DNA of 63,757 bases, taken from assembly GCA_036509215.1 (NCBI GenBank), contig DATCGA010000501.1:1-63757 (forward strand), in the 5' to 3' direction. The notes below the pieces were generated by a model that did no database searches, was not told the DNA's origin, and saw nothing but the letters and a program-made list of their open reading frames with translations. Source of the DNA: Trebonia sp. GTDB lineage: Bacteria; Actinomycetota; Actinomycetes; Streptosporangiales; Streptosporangiaceae. Every line of letters starts with the position of its first letter. The stretch's first letter is position 1. Below are positions 12,012 through 22,408 of the stretch, in pieces. The position numbers and the translations under genes are program-made.

Positions 12012-12308
12012 CTAAGGACGATCCCACCACTCGCCCAGCTCGATCGGCGCCGAGTACTCACGGCGCGCGGACTCGATCAAACGGGCCAAGACGCTCAACT
12101 CGATGTCAACCGCGTCGGACAGCATCGCCGCAGCCATCTCGTCGAACAATCGCTCGACGGTGCGCATCTTTCTCGCACGAACGGTCCGTACGGTCAGCCC
12201 CGCGTCCGCCCAGCCCAGAACCGCATTGGCCGCCGACCCGGCGTCCGCTTCCATGACCAAATAAGCCGAGGCCTCTGACACCGACAACAGCGGCCGCGGA
12301 TCACTCAT
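12012..12308 (-). pseudogene. Barstar-like protein with internal deletion
   Basis: TVRTVRARKMRTVERLFDEMAAAM matches the barstar N-terminal strand/helix. The FPxYFGxNWDA core is absent. Confidence 0.5.
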
Positions 12309-12557
12309 GGCTTCGTCGCGTGCGAGGCCGTGCGGGCGCTTCTTGTTGAGGCACGTACGGACACGGCGCGATCTTATAGGAGAAATGTTCACTTTTGCGG
12401 CTGGACGCCATTCGCGGGCAGGCGATCCAGCATCGCCCTGCGCACGCCCCAGCGGTAACAGCCGTTTCGTTATCTTCTTGACGCAACGCCGGAACGTGAC
12501 GCGATGTCTTCATTAGAAGAAGATGCAGCTACAAGAATGATCGTGTTGTAGAAGGGC

Positions 12558-13391
12558 GTGAATGGCATGGGTGCAGTGAAACGCGGCAACCGCCTGGCGC
12601 GGATCGGGGCCACCGCGATCGCGGCGGCCACCGTCGCGGCCGCGTGCACGGCTGCGGCCGCGTCGTCGGCCTCGGCCGCGACCTCCGGGCCGGCCAGGGC
12701 AACGACGGCAGTGACATCGAAGACGGTCTCGGCGCGGAGCGCGACTCCCGCCGCCTATGTCCCGCCTAGCGGCACCCTGGCCGAGGGGTCGTCGGGTGCC
12801 GCCGTCAAGGCGCTGCAGCAGCGCCTGGCGTCGCTCAAGTACGTCCTCGGAACGATCGACGGCCATTTCGGCGCCAACACGGAGGATGCCGTCTGGGCGT
12901 TCCAGGCCGTCAACGGGGTGAAGGTGACCGGCGTGATCGACGCGGCCACCAAGCGGGCGCTCGTCCACCCGAAGGCGTACGGGACGCACGACCCCCGTCA
13001 GGACGGGACCAGGATCGAGGTCAACCAGGCGCTCGAGGTGCTGGTCCTCTACAAGAAGGGCCAGATCTCGCTGGTCAGCCACGTCTCGACCGGCGGCGGC
13101 TACTGGTACAACTGCGGCGGCGGCGAGTGCCAGGCGATCACGCCCAACGGGAACTACCGGACCACGACCTACATGCCCGGCTGGGTCAAGGTGCCGCTCG
13201 GCGCGATGTACAACCCGGTGTTCTTCATCAGCACCGTGTACGCCATCCACGGCGACACGTACGTTCCCGTCTTCCCCGACTCGCACGGCTGCGTCCGCCT
13301 CCCGATGTTCATCGCGGACTTCTTCCACACCCTGGTGTCAGCTCACGGCACCGAGGTCTTCATCTATGGCAAGGCGCAGTGGATGAAGTAG
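12558..13391 (+). CDS. L,D-transpeptidase (YkuD) with peptidoglycan-binding domain
   Basis: Signal peptide; VKALQQRL..IDGHFG..TEDAVWAFQ; catalytic AIHG...SHGCVRL. Confidence 0.9.
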   Translation: MNGMGAVKRGNRLARIGATAIAAATVAAACTAAAASSASAATSGPARATTAVTSKTVSARSATPAAYVPPSGTLAEGSSGAAVKALQQRLASLKYVLGTIDGHFGANTEDAVWAFQAVNGVKVTGVIDAATKRALVHPKAYGTHDPRQDGTRIEVNQALEVLVLYKKGQISLVSHVSTGGGYWYNCGGGECQAITPNGNYRTTTYMPGWVKVPLGAMYNPVFFISTVYAIHGDTYVPVFPDSHGCVRLPMFIADFFHTLVSAHGTEVFIYGKAQWMK

Positions 13392-13502
13392 CCCGCTAGC
13401 CTATCTGGACGTGCCACCGCCGGCCGGGAGATAGTGGGAAGCGGCGTGACCGCGCCGCGCCCGGCCGGCGTCCGGGTCGTAACTGCTGGTAAAGGTGGTT
13501 TT

Positions 13503-14042
13503 ATGCTGCAGGCCTTCGTCTTCGAGCGAGTTGGCGTCGTCGTCGGCGACCTGTACTTCCTCGACCCCAACCCGCACCCGGGCCAGGAGGGCGCCGAGCA
13601 CGGCGTCCGGCTCGAGCTCCGGGTCTTCGAGCACGGCGACCTCAAGGGGACGATCTACTCGGCCATACCGATCGAGGTCGGCCGCCCTATCTGGCGGGTC
13701 GACCTGCTCGAAGCGGTGGACGGCAAGCCCGGCAGTTTCAACAGAACCCACCACCACCCCAAGTTCAACGGGTGGGACCCGTCGCCGCGCCAGTTCCTGC
13801 GTGAGCTCTCCTCCGACCCGCTCGGCTGGGTGGCGGGACAACTGGCCGACCTGCCGGCGGTGCTCGACCGGGCCGGCGTCTCACCGGAGGTGGCCGACCC
13901 CTCCGACGCGGCCTCGCTGCGGGACATCGCCCCGGCCATCGTCGGCGTCGCCGGGATGATGCTGGACAAGGTCCGGGCGGGCGAACTCGGCCTCCCGCCC
14001 GCCGACGACGCGGTGGACAGCATCAGGAACGGCTGGCTGTAA
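13503..14042 (+). CDS. Conserved-looking hypothetical protein
   Basis: AAAGGTGG RBS; strong GC3 bias; motifs WRVDLLE and NRTHHHP. Confidence 0.75.
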   Translation: MLQAFVFERVGVVVGDLYFLDPNPHPGQEGAEHGVRLELRVFEHGDLKGTIYSAIPIEVGRPIWRVDLLEAVDGKPGSFNRTHHHPKFNGWDPSPRQFLRELSSDPLGWVAGQLADLPAVLDRAGVSPEVADPSDAASLRDIAPAIVGVAGMMLDKVRAGELGLPPADDAVDSIRNGWL

Positions 14043-15525
14043 CTTCCCGTCCGGGGGTCCCCCGGTTGGCGGACCCCCGGAGGGCGGAGAGGATGGCCGC
14101 GATCACCATGAAGCCCACCGACTCGTAGAAGGCCGCGTGCAGGCCGGTGGTGAACGCGGCCGCGGCCGCGCCGTGCAGCGACGTGGAGCCGACGAAGATC
14201 GCGAACGCGAGGTCCCGCGAGATCGACCGGGACGCGACCAGGATGGCCACCGCGAACGAGAACACCATGCCGATGTTGGCGAACGTCCGCAGCATCCCCG
14301 ACGCGATGCCGAACATGTCCGGCGGCGCCGCCTTCATGACCGCCGAGCTGTTGGCGGGGAAGAACATGCTGGTCCCGATCCCGTTGACCAGGCTGATGGC
14401 GACGATGACCCAGAGCGGGGTGGAGATCGTGAGCTGCGCGTAGCAGATCAGCGCGATCGCCTGGATGCCGAGCCCGAGGGTGGCGGGGAGCACCGGGCCG
14501 CGCCGGTCCGCCAGCCTGCCCGCGTACAGGCCGACGCCGCCCGACACCAGGTAGCCGGGGACGAGCAGCAGCGAGGCGTGGATCGGGGAGAGGCCGCGCG
14601 GCCCTTGCAGGTACATCAGCACCAGGAAGAGCACCGCGAAGCTGGCCAGCCCCTGGAACAGCGAGGCGCACAGCGACGCCGCCATGGTCGGCACCCGGAA
14701 GATCTTGAGCGGCAGCATCGGCGCGGCGACCCGTGCCTCGATCGCCGCGAACAGGCCGATGAGCACGACGCCGCCGACCAGGAAGCCGACGGTCGAGGCG
14801 TCGAGCGGCGCGTTGGCGAGCTTGGTGATCGCCCAGAGCACGCCGAACAGGCCGAGCCCGAGCGTGACCATGCCGAGCGGGTCAAGGCGCTGGCGGGACC
14901 GCTCCCCCTTGTCGCGGAGCACCCGCAGCGCTCCGACGATGGCCAGCACCCCGGTCGGCACGTTGATCCAGAAGATCCACCGCCACGACACGTAGGTCAC
15001 GATCAGCCCGCCGAGCACGATGCCGAGCATCGCGCCGATCGTCCAGCCGAGGGCGGTGAACCCGTACGCCCGGCCGCGTCGCTCGCGCGGGTACAGATCG
15101 GCGATCACCGCCCCGCTGTTGGCCATGATCAACGCGCCGCCGATGCCCTGCACGACCCGGAAGACGATGATCGACAGCTCATTCCAGGCCAGCGCGCACA
15201 GCAGCGAGCCCAGCACGAAGACCGCGAAGCCGGTCTGGTACATCCGCACTCGGCCGAACATGTCACCGAGCCTGCCCACCTGGGTGGCGAGCAGCGTGAT
15301 GACCAGCAGGAAGCTGATGATCACCCAGACCACGTCGGTCAGCGGGACATGCAGGCTGCGCTCGATCTCCGGCAGCGCCAGGACCACGATCGTGGTGTCG
15401 ACGGCGGTCATCAGGACGCCCGCCATGATCACGATCATGGCGAGGCCGACTCGTTCCGGCCGCTCGCCATCGGGGTCGGCGCCGCCGGGGGCGGGGGAAT
15501 TCGGCTGCAGCCGGGAGAAAGTCAC
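14023..15525 (-). CDS. MFS efflux transporter, DHA2 (EmrB/QacA) family
   Basis: DTTIVVLALP, GRLGDMFGR, WRWIFWINVP; about 14 TM segments. Confidence 0.9.
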   Translation of the reverse strand: MTFSRLQPNSPAPGGADPDGERPERVGLAMIVIMAGVLMTAVDTTIVVLALPEIERSLHVPLTDVVWVIISFLLVITLLATQVGRLGDMFGRVRMYQTGFAVFVLGSLLCALAWNELSIIVFRVVQGIGGALIMANSGAVIADLYPRERRGRAYGFTALGWTIGAMLGIVLGGLIVTYVSWRWIFWINVPTGVLAIVGALRVLRDKGERSRQRLDPLGMVTLGLGLFGVLWAITKLANAPLDASTVGFLVGGVVLIGLFAAIEARVAAPMLPLKIFRVPTMAASLCASLFQGLASFAVLFLVLMYLQGPRGLSPIHASLLLVPGYLVSGGVGLYAGRLADRRGPVLPATLGLGIQAIALICYAQLTISTPLWVIVAISLVNGIGTSMFFPANSSAVMKAAPPDMFGIASGMLRTFANIGMVFSFAVAILVASRSISRDLAFAIFVGSTSLHGAAAAAFTTGLHAAFYESVGFMVIAAILSALRGSANRGTPGREVTASRS

Positions 15526-15610
15526 TTACTTAGCCTAACGAACGGTGGTTTTTACGCCAGCCGAGACTAGGCTGTATTTCCGGTGTTCCAACTACAGGAG
15601 CGGCAGTGTT

Positions 15611-15880
15611 GTGGCTCGCGACGAATCCGCGATTGGCGCGATAGGCGTGATCACCTTGGCCACCCGTGGCCAGGCGGGCTGCGGCGAGGTCAGGATCAGG
15701 ATTCGCGGCGGTTCGGAAACCTTCATCGCCTGGTCAGACGCGCCCCTGCCGATAGGCACGACCGTCCTCGTCACCGACTCCCGAGGCAGGCGTACGGTCG
15801 ATGTTATGGAATGGACCGACCCGCTCGGCGAAGCCCCCACCATCCCCCGTTCTACTGAAGTTCCTCGCTCAGGAGAGTGA
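15611..15880 (+). CDS. NfeD-like OB-fold partner of flotillin
   Basis: GEVRIRIRGGSETFIAWS..PLPIGTTVLV; directly upstream of the SPFH gene. Confidence 0.75.
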   Translation: MARDESAIGAIGVITLATRGQAGCGEVRIRIRGGSETFIAWSDAPLPIGTTVLVTDSRGRRTVDVMEWTDPLGEAPTIPRSTEVPRSGE

Positions 15881-15884
15881 AACG

Positions 15885-17033
15885 ATGTTCGGTTATCGAG
15901 TTCCCGCCCCCGATGAGGCGATGCTCATCTCCGGCGGTACGCGCGGCATGAAAGACCAGCCGTTCCGGGTCGTCACCGGGCACGGCGCCTTCGTCACGCC
16001 GTTTTTCCGCAAGGTCCGTTACCTGACGCTGGCCATGCGGGAGGCCGAGGTCGCCGAGACCTGCGTCACCAAGCAGGGCATCTCGCTGAGCGTCCGCGCC
16101 GTCATCGCGTTCAAGGTCGGCAACGACACCGAGTCCATCGTCAACGCCGGCCAGCGGTTCCTCTCCGACCAGGACCAGATGTCGGTGCTGACCGGCCGTA
16201 TCTTCGCCGGCCACCTGCGCTCGATCATCGGTTCGATGACCGTCGAGGAGATCGTCACCGAGCGGCAGAAACTGGCCTCCGAGGTGCTCGACGGCTCCAA
16301 GTCCGAGATGGTCTCGATCGGGCTGACGGTCGACTCGCTGCAGATCCAGTCCATCGACGACATGGGCGCGGGCTACATCGCGGCGATGGCGGCGCCGAAC
16401 AACGCGGCCATCCAGCGGCAGGCCAAGATCGCCCAGGCCCAGGCCGACCAGGCGTCGGCCGAGGCGGTGCAGGCCTCGGCCCGCAAGCAGGCCGAGTTCG
16501 CGCGGCAGACCGCCGTGGTCCAGGCCCAGTACAAGGCCGAGGTCGACAAGGCCCAGGCTGAGGCGGCTCAGGCCGGCCCGCTGGCGCAGGCCGGGGCCCA
16601 GCGCGCGGTGATCTCCGCCCAGACCGAGCTCGCGCAGCACCAGGCCGACCTGCGCCAGCAGCAGCTCGTCTCCGAGGTCATCAAGCCGGCCGAGGCCGAG
16701 GCCGAGAAGGTGAAGATCCTCGCCATCGCCGACGCGGAGCGGACCCGTATCGCGGCCGAGGCGGCCGCGTCGAACAACCGCGTCGCGCTCGACCAGCTGC
16801 TGATCGCGCAGCTGCCGCAGATCGTCAAGGAGGCGGCCGTCGGCCTGCAGGGCGCCAACGTCACCGTGCTCAACGGCTCCGACGGCCTCGGCGAGATCGC
16901 CGCCGGCCTGGTCAGCCAGGGCCTGACGATCCTCGAGTCGGTCCGCCGCGGCGTCGGCGTCCCGCCGACCGGTGGCAGCGCCGCCCAGAACGGCCCCACC
17001 GCCATCGGCAACGGCAAGTCCCCGAAGGCCTAG
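15885..17033 (+). CDS. Flotillin-family SPFH domain protein
   Basis: AGGAG RBS; FAGHLRSIIGSMTVEEI, SLQIQSIDD; A/E/Q-rich coiled coil. Confidence 0.9.
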   Translation: MFGYRVPAPDEAMLISGGTRGMKDQPFRVVTGHGAFVTPFFRKVRYLTLAMREAEVAETCVTKQGISLSVRAVIAFKVGNDTESIVNAGQRFLSDQDQMSVLTGRIFAGHLRSIIGSMTVEEIVTERQKLASEVLDGSKSEMVSIGLTVDSLQIQSIDDMGAGYIAAMAAPNNAAIQRQAKIAQAQADQASAEAVQASARKQAEFARQTAVVQAQYKAEVDKAQAEAAQAGPLAQAGAQRAVISAQTELAQHQADLRQQQLVSEVIKPAEAEAEKVKILAIADAERTRIAAEAAASNNRVALDQLLIAQLPQIVKEAAVGLQGANVTVLNGSDGLGEIAAGLVSQGLTILESVRRGVGVPPTGGSAAQNGPTAIGNGKSPKA

Positions 17034-17914
17034 CCGCCGGGGGCAAGCAAAGCCGCTAGTTCCGCGGCGGGCGAGCCCTCGCGCAGGGTCCCGTGCACCA
17101 GCTCCACGCGGTGGACCAGGCGAGGGCTCGCCACCCGAACGGCGGTTACTCCGGGCGCGGGCAGGGCCGTCTCCGGCAGCAGGGTGAGCCCGTGCCCGGC
17201 CGCCGCGAGCTGAAGGAGTGACCTAGAGTCCGATCCGTCGTAGCGGAAGGCGGGCCGGAACCCTTCCACGCCGGCTAGCCGGCGGATCTCCGGCAGCGGC
17301 GAGGTCACGTCGGGCGCCTCGATCCATCGCGCGTCGGCCAGGTCCGACAGGCGCAGGCCGGCTCGCCCGGCCAGCGGGTGATCGCCCGGCAGCACGATTA
17401 CGACGCCGTCCTGGCTGATGCGGACAGCGGTCAGCGGCGCGAACTCAGGCAGCGGATCGCCGGGGGCGGTCAGGCCATCGGCCAGGCCGACGTCGAACTC
17501 CCCCCGCGCGACCGCGGTGAGCACGTGCGTGCGCGGTCCCACCCGAACCGCGACGTCGAGCCTCGGCCGCCGCCGGCGGAGCGCGGAGAGCGCCTGCGCC
17601 AGCCCGGGCGAGCCTCCGGCCAGCGGGGTAGCGCCCACGACGAGGGTGGCGGCCGGCGGCTGGGTCATCCGCGTGACGTCGGCCCTGGCCGCATCGAGCC
17701 GGAGCAGCAGCGCCTCGGCGTGCTCGAGCAGGCGCGCGCCCGCCTCGGTCGGCGACACCGGGCGGCGGTTGAGCAGCGAGACCTTGAGGTCGCCTTCCAG
17801 CGCCGCTATCTGCTGGGAAATGGCGGCCTGGGTGTAGCCGAGCTCGACCGCGGCGGCCGAGAAGGAGCCGAGCCTGGCCACGGCGACGAAGGTCCGAAGC
17901 AGTTGCGCTTCCAC
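17030..17914 (-). CDS. LysR-family transcriptional regulator
   Basis: LRTFVAVARLGSFSAAAVELGYTQAAISQQIAALE. Confidence 0.93.
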   Translation of the reverse strand: MEAQLLRTFVAVARLGSFSAAAVELGYTQAAISQQIAALEGDLKVSLLNRRPVSPTEAGARLLEHAEALLLRLDAARADVTRMTQPPAATLVVGATPLAGGSPGLAQALSALRRRRPRLDVAVRVGPRTHVLTAVARGEFDVGLADGLTAPGDPLPEFAPLTAVRISQDGVVIVLPGDHPLAGRAGLRLSDLADARWIEAPDVTSPLPEIRRLAGVEGFRPAFRYDGSDSRSLLQLAAAGHGLTLLPETALPAPGVTAVRVASPRLVHRVELVHGTLREGSPAAELAALLAPGG

Positions 17915-17916
17915 GT

Positions 17917-17933
17917 GATAAGCATCGCTTATC
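17917..17933. promoter_or_regulatory. LysR-type T-N11-A palindromic operator
   Basis: GATAAGC-ATC-GCTTATC directly before the LysR start, in the divergent intergenic region. Confidence 0.65.
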
Positions 17934-17989
17934 GAAGTACAAGAAACCATCGTTGGCGCTTAACCGGGTGCCGAGGTCATCATGGCCGT

Positions 17990-18724
17990 ATGACGCATCC
18001 CATGGCAAGGATCGCCCTAGTCGGCGATCGTTCAGCGAACGTCCGGGCGCACGCCCGCATCCCGGCGGTCATCGACGCGCTGCTCCAGCGCGACGGAATC
18101 GCGCTGGACGCCTACTGGATCGCGACGCCGGACGTCGCCGCGTGCGACCTCGGTCAGTTCGACGCCGTCTGGCTGGTCCCCGGCAGCCCGTACGACAGCG
18201 CCGAGGGGGCCATCGCCGCCGTGCGCACCGCCCGCGAGCAGCGGATTCCGTTCCTCGGGACGTGCGGCGGCTTCCAGTACGCCCTGCTGGAATTCGCCCG
18301 AAACGTCTGCGGGCTCTCCGCCGTCGAGAACGCGGAGGTCACCCCCGAGGCCGTCGAGCAGCTGATCGTGCGGCTCGAGTGCTCGCTGAAGGGGCACGAG
18401 GAGGCGGTCATGATCGTGCCGGGCACGCGCGCGGCGAAGATATCAGGACCCGGGCGCCGGACCGAGCGATACCACTGCGACTACGGCCTGAACTCGGACT
18501 ACCTTGAGCGACTGTCCCAGGGCGGGCTGCGGTTCAGCGCCTTCGACGACAGCGGGCAGGTCAGGATCGCCGAGCTCCCCGGGCACCCGTTCTTCATCGG
18601 GACGCTGTTCCAGCCCGAACTGCACGGCGACGGCACCCAGCCGCACCCGGTCATCGTCGCCATGGCCGCCGCGGCAGCGGAGCACGCCGCCGCGCCGGCC
18701 GAGGCGGCCGCTCAGGCCCGCTAG
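17990..18724 (+). CDS. Stand-alone CTP-synthase-C-terminal-like glutamine amidotransferase
   Basis: VPGSPY, PFLGTCGGFQ, YHCDYG, FFIGTLFQPE; no synthetase domain. Confidence 0.85.
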   Translation: MTHPMARIALVGDRSANVRAHARIPAVIDALLQRDGIALDAYWIATPDVAACDLGQFDAVWLVPGSPYDSAEGAIAAVRTAREQRIPFLGTCGGFQYALLEFARNVCGLSAVENAEVTPEAVEQLIVRLECSLKGHEEAVMIVPGTRAAKISGPGRRTERYHCDYGLNSDYLERLSQGGLRFSAFDDSGQVRIAELPGHPFFIGTLFQPELHGDGTQPHPVIVAMAAAAAEHAAAPAEAAAQAR

Positions 18725-19194
18725 GCCTCGGGGTCCCTGAGCAGGACGAAGTTGATCGCGGTGACCTTCATGGCCAGGTCGCCGTCCTGGTTGACCAGCT
18801 CGGCCAGCGAGCGGACGATGCCACGGTCGGGCTTGCTGTTCGACCGCCGCGCCTCGAGCACGGTGGCACGGGCGCGCAGCGTGTCGCCCGGGCGCACGGG
18901 CCTCGGCCAGCGGATCTCATCGACGCCGACCGCCCCAAGCCCGGACTCGGCGCTGACGAAGTGCTCCACCAGCAGCCGCATCATCTTGCTGGTGGTCTGC
19001 CAGCCGCTGGCGATCAGGCCGCCGAACGGCCCGTCCTCGGCCGCCACCGGGTCGACGTGAAAGGGCTGCGGGTCGTACTCCTTGGCAAAGGCGATGATCT
19101 CCCCCTCGTCAAGGGAGAACGCGCCGCAGTCCACCACGAGCCCAGGTACATAGTCCTCGAAGTAGCGGATCACGCGCTCAGGATGCTCAGTCAC
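18721..19194 (-). CDS. MaoC-family hotdog dehydratase
   Basis: YFEDY, YDPQPFHVD, GLIASGW, RWPRPVRPGD. Confidence 0.9.
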   Translation of the reverse strand: MTEHPERVIRYFEDYVPGLVVDCGAFSLDEGEIIAFAKEYDPQPFHVDPVAAEDGPFGGLIASGWQTTSKMMRLLVEHFVSAESGLGAVGVDEIRWPRPVRPGDTLRARATVLEARRSNSKPDRGIVRSLAELVNQDGDLAMKVTAINFVLLRDPEA

Positions 19195-19488
19195 GTCGGC
19201 AAGTATCCCAACTGGGGCCGCTCCCCGTCACCAGCCGGGCTAACTCTGTCCATGACACGACGCATTTGTCCGAATCACATCACGACACGATCAAGAAAAA
19301 GACTCGAAATGCCTGCGACTCGCGTTCGGCGCCTGCCATAGTTCCATCGAACGGTACGGCGGGACAAAGTCCAATAAACGGTCCGATACCGCAACATAGC
19401 GGGCAGTTAGCCCGATCAGAGCGTGTAGGCCTGCCGAGAGGCTCTAGCAGCCGCGTAGACGGGCGAGGCATCGAAACATGGGGAGAGC

Positions 19489-20469
19489 ATGACCGCTGGG
19501 CACAATGACCGCCGCCTCGTGAAGATCAGGCGCCGGGGCAGGCACTCAACCCCCTCCCAGGTGGAGCGGGTGGCGGTGCAGGCCGGCAAGGCGGCGCCGG
19601 CCGTGGCCATCGCCGGCGCGCTGGTCGCGGTCCCGGGGGCGCAGTCCGCGTTCGCCGCGCAGGACTCGCCCGCCACGGTGTCGACGCAGGCGCACGAGGC
19701 CGTGCACGCCGACCAGGCCGCGCACACGGGAACGCAGTCCGAGGCGGCGACGCTCGACTCGATCTCCACCCGCGCCGTCACCGTCGCGTCCGCCGGCAAC
19801 GCCAGGCACGCAGCGCAGGTCAAGTCCAGCCACTACACGGTCCGCAGCGGCGACACGCTGTCGAAGATCGCCGAGCGCTTCTACAACAAGGCCGCCGACT
19901 GGGGCTACGTCTTCCACGAGAACGCCAAGACGGTCTCCGACCCGAACCTGATCTTCGCCGGCCAGAACCTGTACATCCCGGCCACCGTGCCCGCCGACTA
20001 CAAGCTCACCGACTACTACACGCCGAAGCACGCCGCCCCCGCCCCGGCCGTCACGGAAACGGCCTCGGTCAACACGACCCATCGCTCCGGCAGTTCCAGG
20101 AGCTCCACGGGCGGCAGCAGCGCCGTGGTCGTCCAGTCGGCCGGCCAGGGCAGCAGCGGCGGCTCGTCCGGCGGGCTGAGCGGCACGCTCAGCTGCTCCG
20201 GGCTCGAGCAGCTCTGGGACTCGGCCGGGGGCAACCGGGCAGACGCGTTCATGGCCGCCGAGATCGCGGAGGCCGAGTCCGGCGGCAACCAGTACGCGCT
20301 GAGCCCGACCGACGACTACGGCTACTGGCAGATCAACGCGTCGAACGGCTCGCTCGCCACGTACAACGCCTACGGCAACGCGCGGTCCGCGATCATCCTC
20401 TCGGACGACGGCAGCAACTGGAACGCGTGGACCACCTACCACTCCGGCGCCTACGAGGGCCGCTGCTAG
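19489..20469 (+). CDS. Secreted LysM plus lysozyme-like transglycosylase protein
   Basis: RGRH leader; YTVRSGDTLSKIA LysM; AEAESGG...DYGYWQIN lytic transglycosylase motif. Confidence 0.88.
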   Translation: MTAGHNDRRLVKIRRRGRHSTPSQVERVAVQAGKAAPAVAIAGALVAVPGAQSAFAAQDSPATVSTQAHEAVHADQAAHTGTQSEAATLDSISTRAVTVASAGNARHAAQVKSSHYTVRSGDTLSKIAERFYNKAADWGYVFHENAKTVSDPNLIFAGQNLYIPATVPADYKLTDYYTPKHAAPAPAVTETASVNTTHRSGSSRSSTGGSSAVVVQSAGQGSSGGSSGGLSGTLSCSGLEQLWDSAGGNRADAFMAAEIAEAESGGNQYALSPTDDYGYWQINASNGSLATYNAYGNARSAIILSDDGSNWNAWTTYHSGAYEGRC

Positions 20470-20486
20470 CCGAAGACCTGCTCCAG

Positions 20487-20530
20487 AAGCCGATCAGGCC
20501 GCGCTCCCCCGGGCGCGGCCTGATCGGCTT
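20487..20530. terminator. Bidirectional intrinsic terminator
   Basis: Perfect 18-bp stem AAGCCGATCAGGCCGCGC / GCGCGGCCTGATCGGCTT between convergent genes. Confidence 0.85.
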
Positions 20531-20546
20531 TCCCCGTCTTGACCGG

Positions 20547-20993
20547 TTAGCGCGGAGTGGCCAGGACGTCGGCGATGCCCTGGCGGGCTAGCTCGTCGGC
20601 GCGCTCGTTGCCGGGGTCGCCTGCGTGGCCCTTGACCCAGTGCCAGGAGACCTGGTGCGGTCCCATCGCGGCGACGAGGCGCTGCCATAGGTCGACGTTC
20701 TTGACCGGCTGCTTGGACGCGGTCTTCCAGCCGTTGCGCTGCCAGCCGGGCAGCCACTTGGTGATCCCGTCGAGCACGTACTTGCTGTCGGTGTAGAGCT
20801 GGACCGAGACCGGCCGGCTGAGCGCCTCGAGCGCGGAGATCGCGGCCAGCAGCTCCATCCGGTTGTTGGTGGTGGCCCGGTCGCCGCCATGCAGCTCCTT
20901 CACCACGGCGCCGTAGCGCAGCACCACGCCCCAGCCACCCGGACCCGGGTTTCCGCTGCATGCCCCGTCGGTGTAGATCACGGCCTCGTCCAT
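20547..20993 (-). CDS. rnhA: Ribonuclease HI
   Basis: [51 protein letters not shown]. Confidence 0.97.
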   Translation of the reverse strand: MDEAVIYTDGACSGNPGPGGWGVVLRYGAVVKELHGGDRATTNNRMELLAAISALEALSRPVSVQLYTDSKYVLDGITKWLPGWQRNGWKTASKQPVKNVDLWQRLVAAMGPHQVSWHWVKGHAGDPGNERADELARQGIADVLATPR

Positions 20994-21151
20994 GCCGCAC
21001 AGGCTATTCCTTCCGGCGACTCCAGGAGCCGGAAGGCACTGGCCAGCGCGGAGATACGACTTATCGGAACTAACATGAGATTCCGGGTCGTCCTGTGGCA
21101 ATCCGAGGCAGAGCCTCCCCGCGAGGACTGAACGCCGGGAAGAGGACCTAG

Positions 21152-22408
21152 GTGCGGCGGATCCGGCTCAGCGCGCTCCAGGAGCGCGAATTTCGCCTGT
21201 TCTTCACGGGACAGCTGGTGTCGCTGCTCGGCGACGCCGTCACGCCGTTCGCGCTCGCCTGGGCGGTGCTCGACCTGACAGGATCGGCCCGCGACCTCGG
21301 CTTCGTGATCGCCGCGAACACCGCCCCGCTCGTCATTTTCCTGCTCGTCGGCGGCGTCTTCGCCGACCGGCTGCCGCGGCGCGGGGTGATGCTCGCCGCC
21401 GACGTCGCGCGGATGGCTGTCCAGGCGGCGACCGCGGCCCTGCTGCTCTCGCACACCGCGCGCATCTGGGAGCTGATTGTGCTGCAGGCGCTGGCCGGGA
21501 CCGGGACGGCGTTCTTCAACCCCGCGTCGACCGGGCTCACGCCGATGACCGTGAGCGCGGGCCGGCTGCAGGAGGCGAACGCCCTGCGCGGAATGTCGAT
21601 GGGGCTGGCCCAGTTCGCCGGCCCGGCGCTGGCCGGCATCCTCATCGTCACCGTCGGGCCGGGTTACGCGCTCGCCATTGACGCGGCGAGCTTCGGGGTG
21701 AGCGCGTTCTACCTCGCCCGCCTGCGCCTGCCGCCGCACGTCAGCCTGCCGCCGCAGTCGTTCGCGCGCGACCTGCTCGACGGCTGGCGCGACTTCGCCG
21801 CCCGCACCTGGGTCTGGCTGATCGTGGTCAGCGCGTCCCTCGGGAACATGACGGGCGGGGTGTGGCTCGTGCTCGCCGCGGTGTGGGTCAAGAACGGCCA
21901 CGGGGGCGCCGGCGCGTGGACGGCGATCCTCGTCGTCTCGGCTGTCGGGGGGCTCGCCGCCGCCGCGACGGCGCTTCGCCTCAAGCCGCGGCGCCCGCTC
22001 CTGCTTGCGTCCATCGCGGTCGTCCCGAATTCCGCGCCGCTCATCGCGCTCGCGCTGAGGCTGCCCTGGGAGGCCCTCGTCGTCACGGCGCTCGTCACCG
22101 GGTTCGGGAACATGCTCTTCAACACGCTCTGGGAGACGACGCTGCAGCAGCACATCCCGCCGGCGTCACTGTCGCGCGTCAGCGCCTACGACTGGTTCGG
22201 CTCCCTGCTGTGCCAGCCACTCGGACTCGCCCTGGCAGGAGTGGCGGCGGCCGGGATCGGGATGAGCCAAACCCTCTGGATAGCGGCCGCAGTCGACCTC
22301 GCCGCAGTCGCCGCGATAGTCGCGGCGCCGAGCGTGCGGCACCTGCAGCGACTCGACGAACCCGGCGGTACCATCCCGACTTATGACCACATGGGGAAAC
22401 CCGGCTGA
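21152..22408 (+). CDS. MFS transporter (H+ antiporter / MFS_3-like)
   Basis: [34 protein letters not shown]; about 12 TMs. Confidence 0.88.
   Translation: MRRIRLSALQEREFRLFFTGQLVSLLGDAVTPFALAWAVLDLTGSARDLGFVIAANTAPLVIFLLVGGVFADRLPRRGVMLAADVARMAVQAATAALLLSHTARIWELIVLQALAGTGTAFFNPASTGLTPMTVSAGRLQEANALRGMSMGLAQFAGPALAGILIVTVGPGYALAIDAASFGVSAFYLARLRLPPHVSLPPQSFARDLLDGWRDFAARTWVWLIVVSASLGNMTGGVWLVLAAVWVKNGHGGAGAWTAILVVSAVGGLAAAATALRLKPRRPLLLASIAVVPNSAPLIALALRLPWEALVVTALVTGFGNMLFNTLWETTLQQHIPPASLSRVSAYDWFGSLLCQPLGLALAGVAAAGIGMSQTLWIAAAVDLAAVAAIVAAPSVRHLQRLDEPGGTIPTYDHMGKPG

Noticed and set aside
19200-19488. Possible c-di-AMP (ydaO) riboswitch before the LysM/transglycosylase gene
   Set aside because: I could not find the conserved GAATCC...GGAAC...GGGG elements. 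An Rfam scan would settle it.
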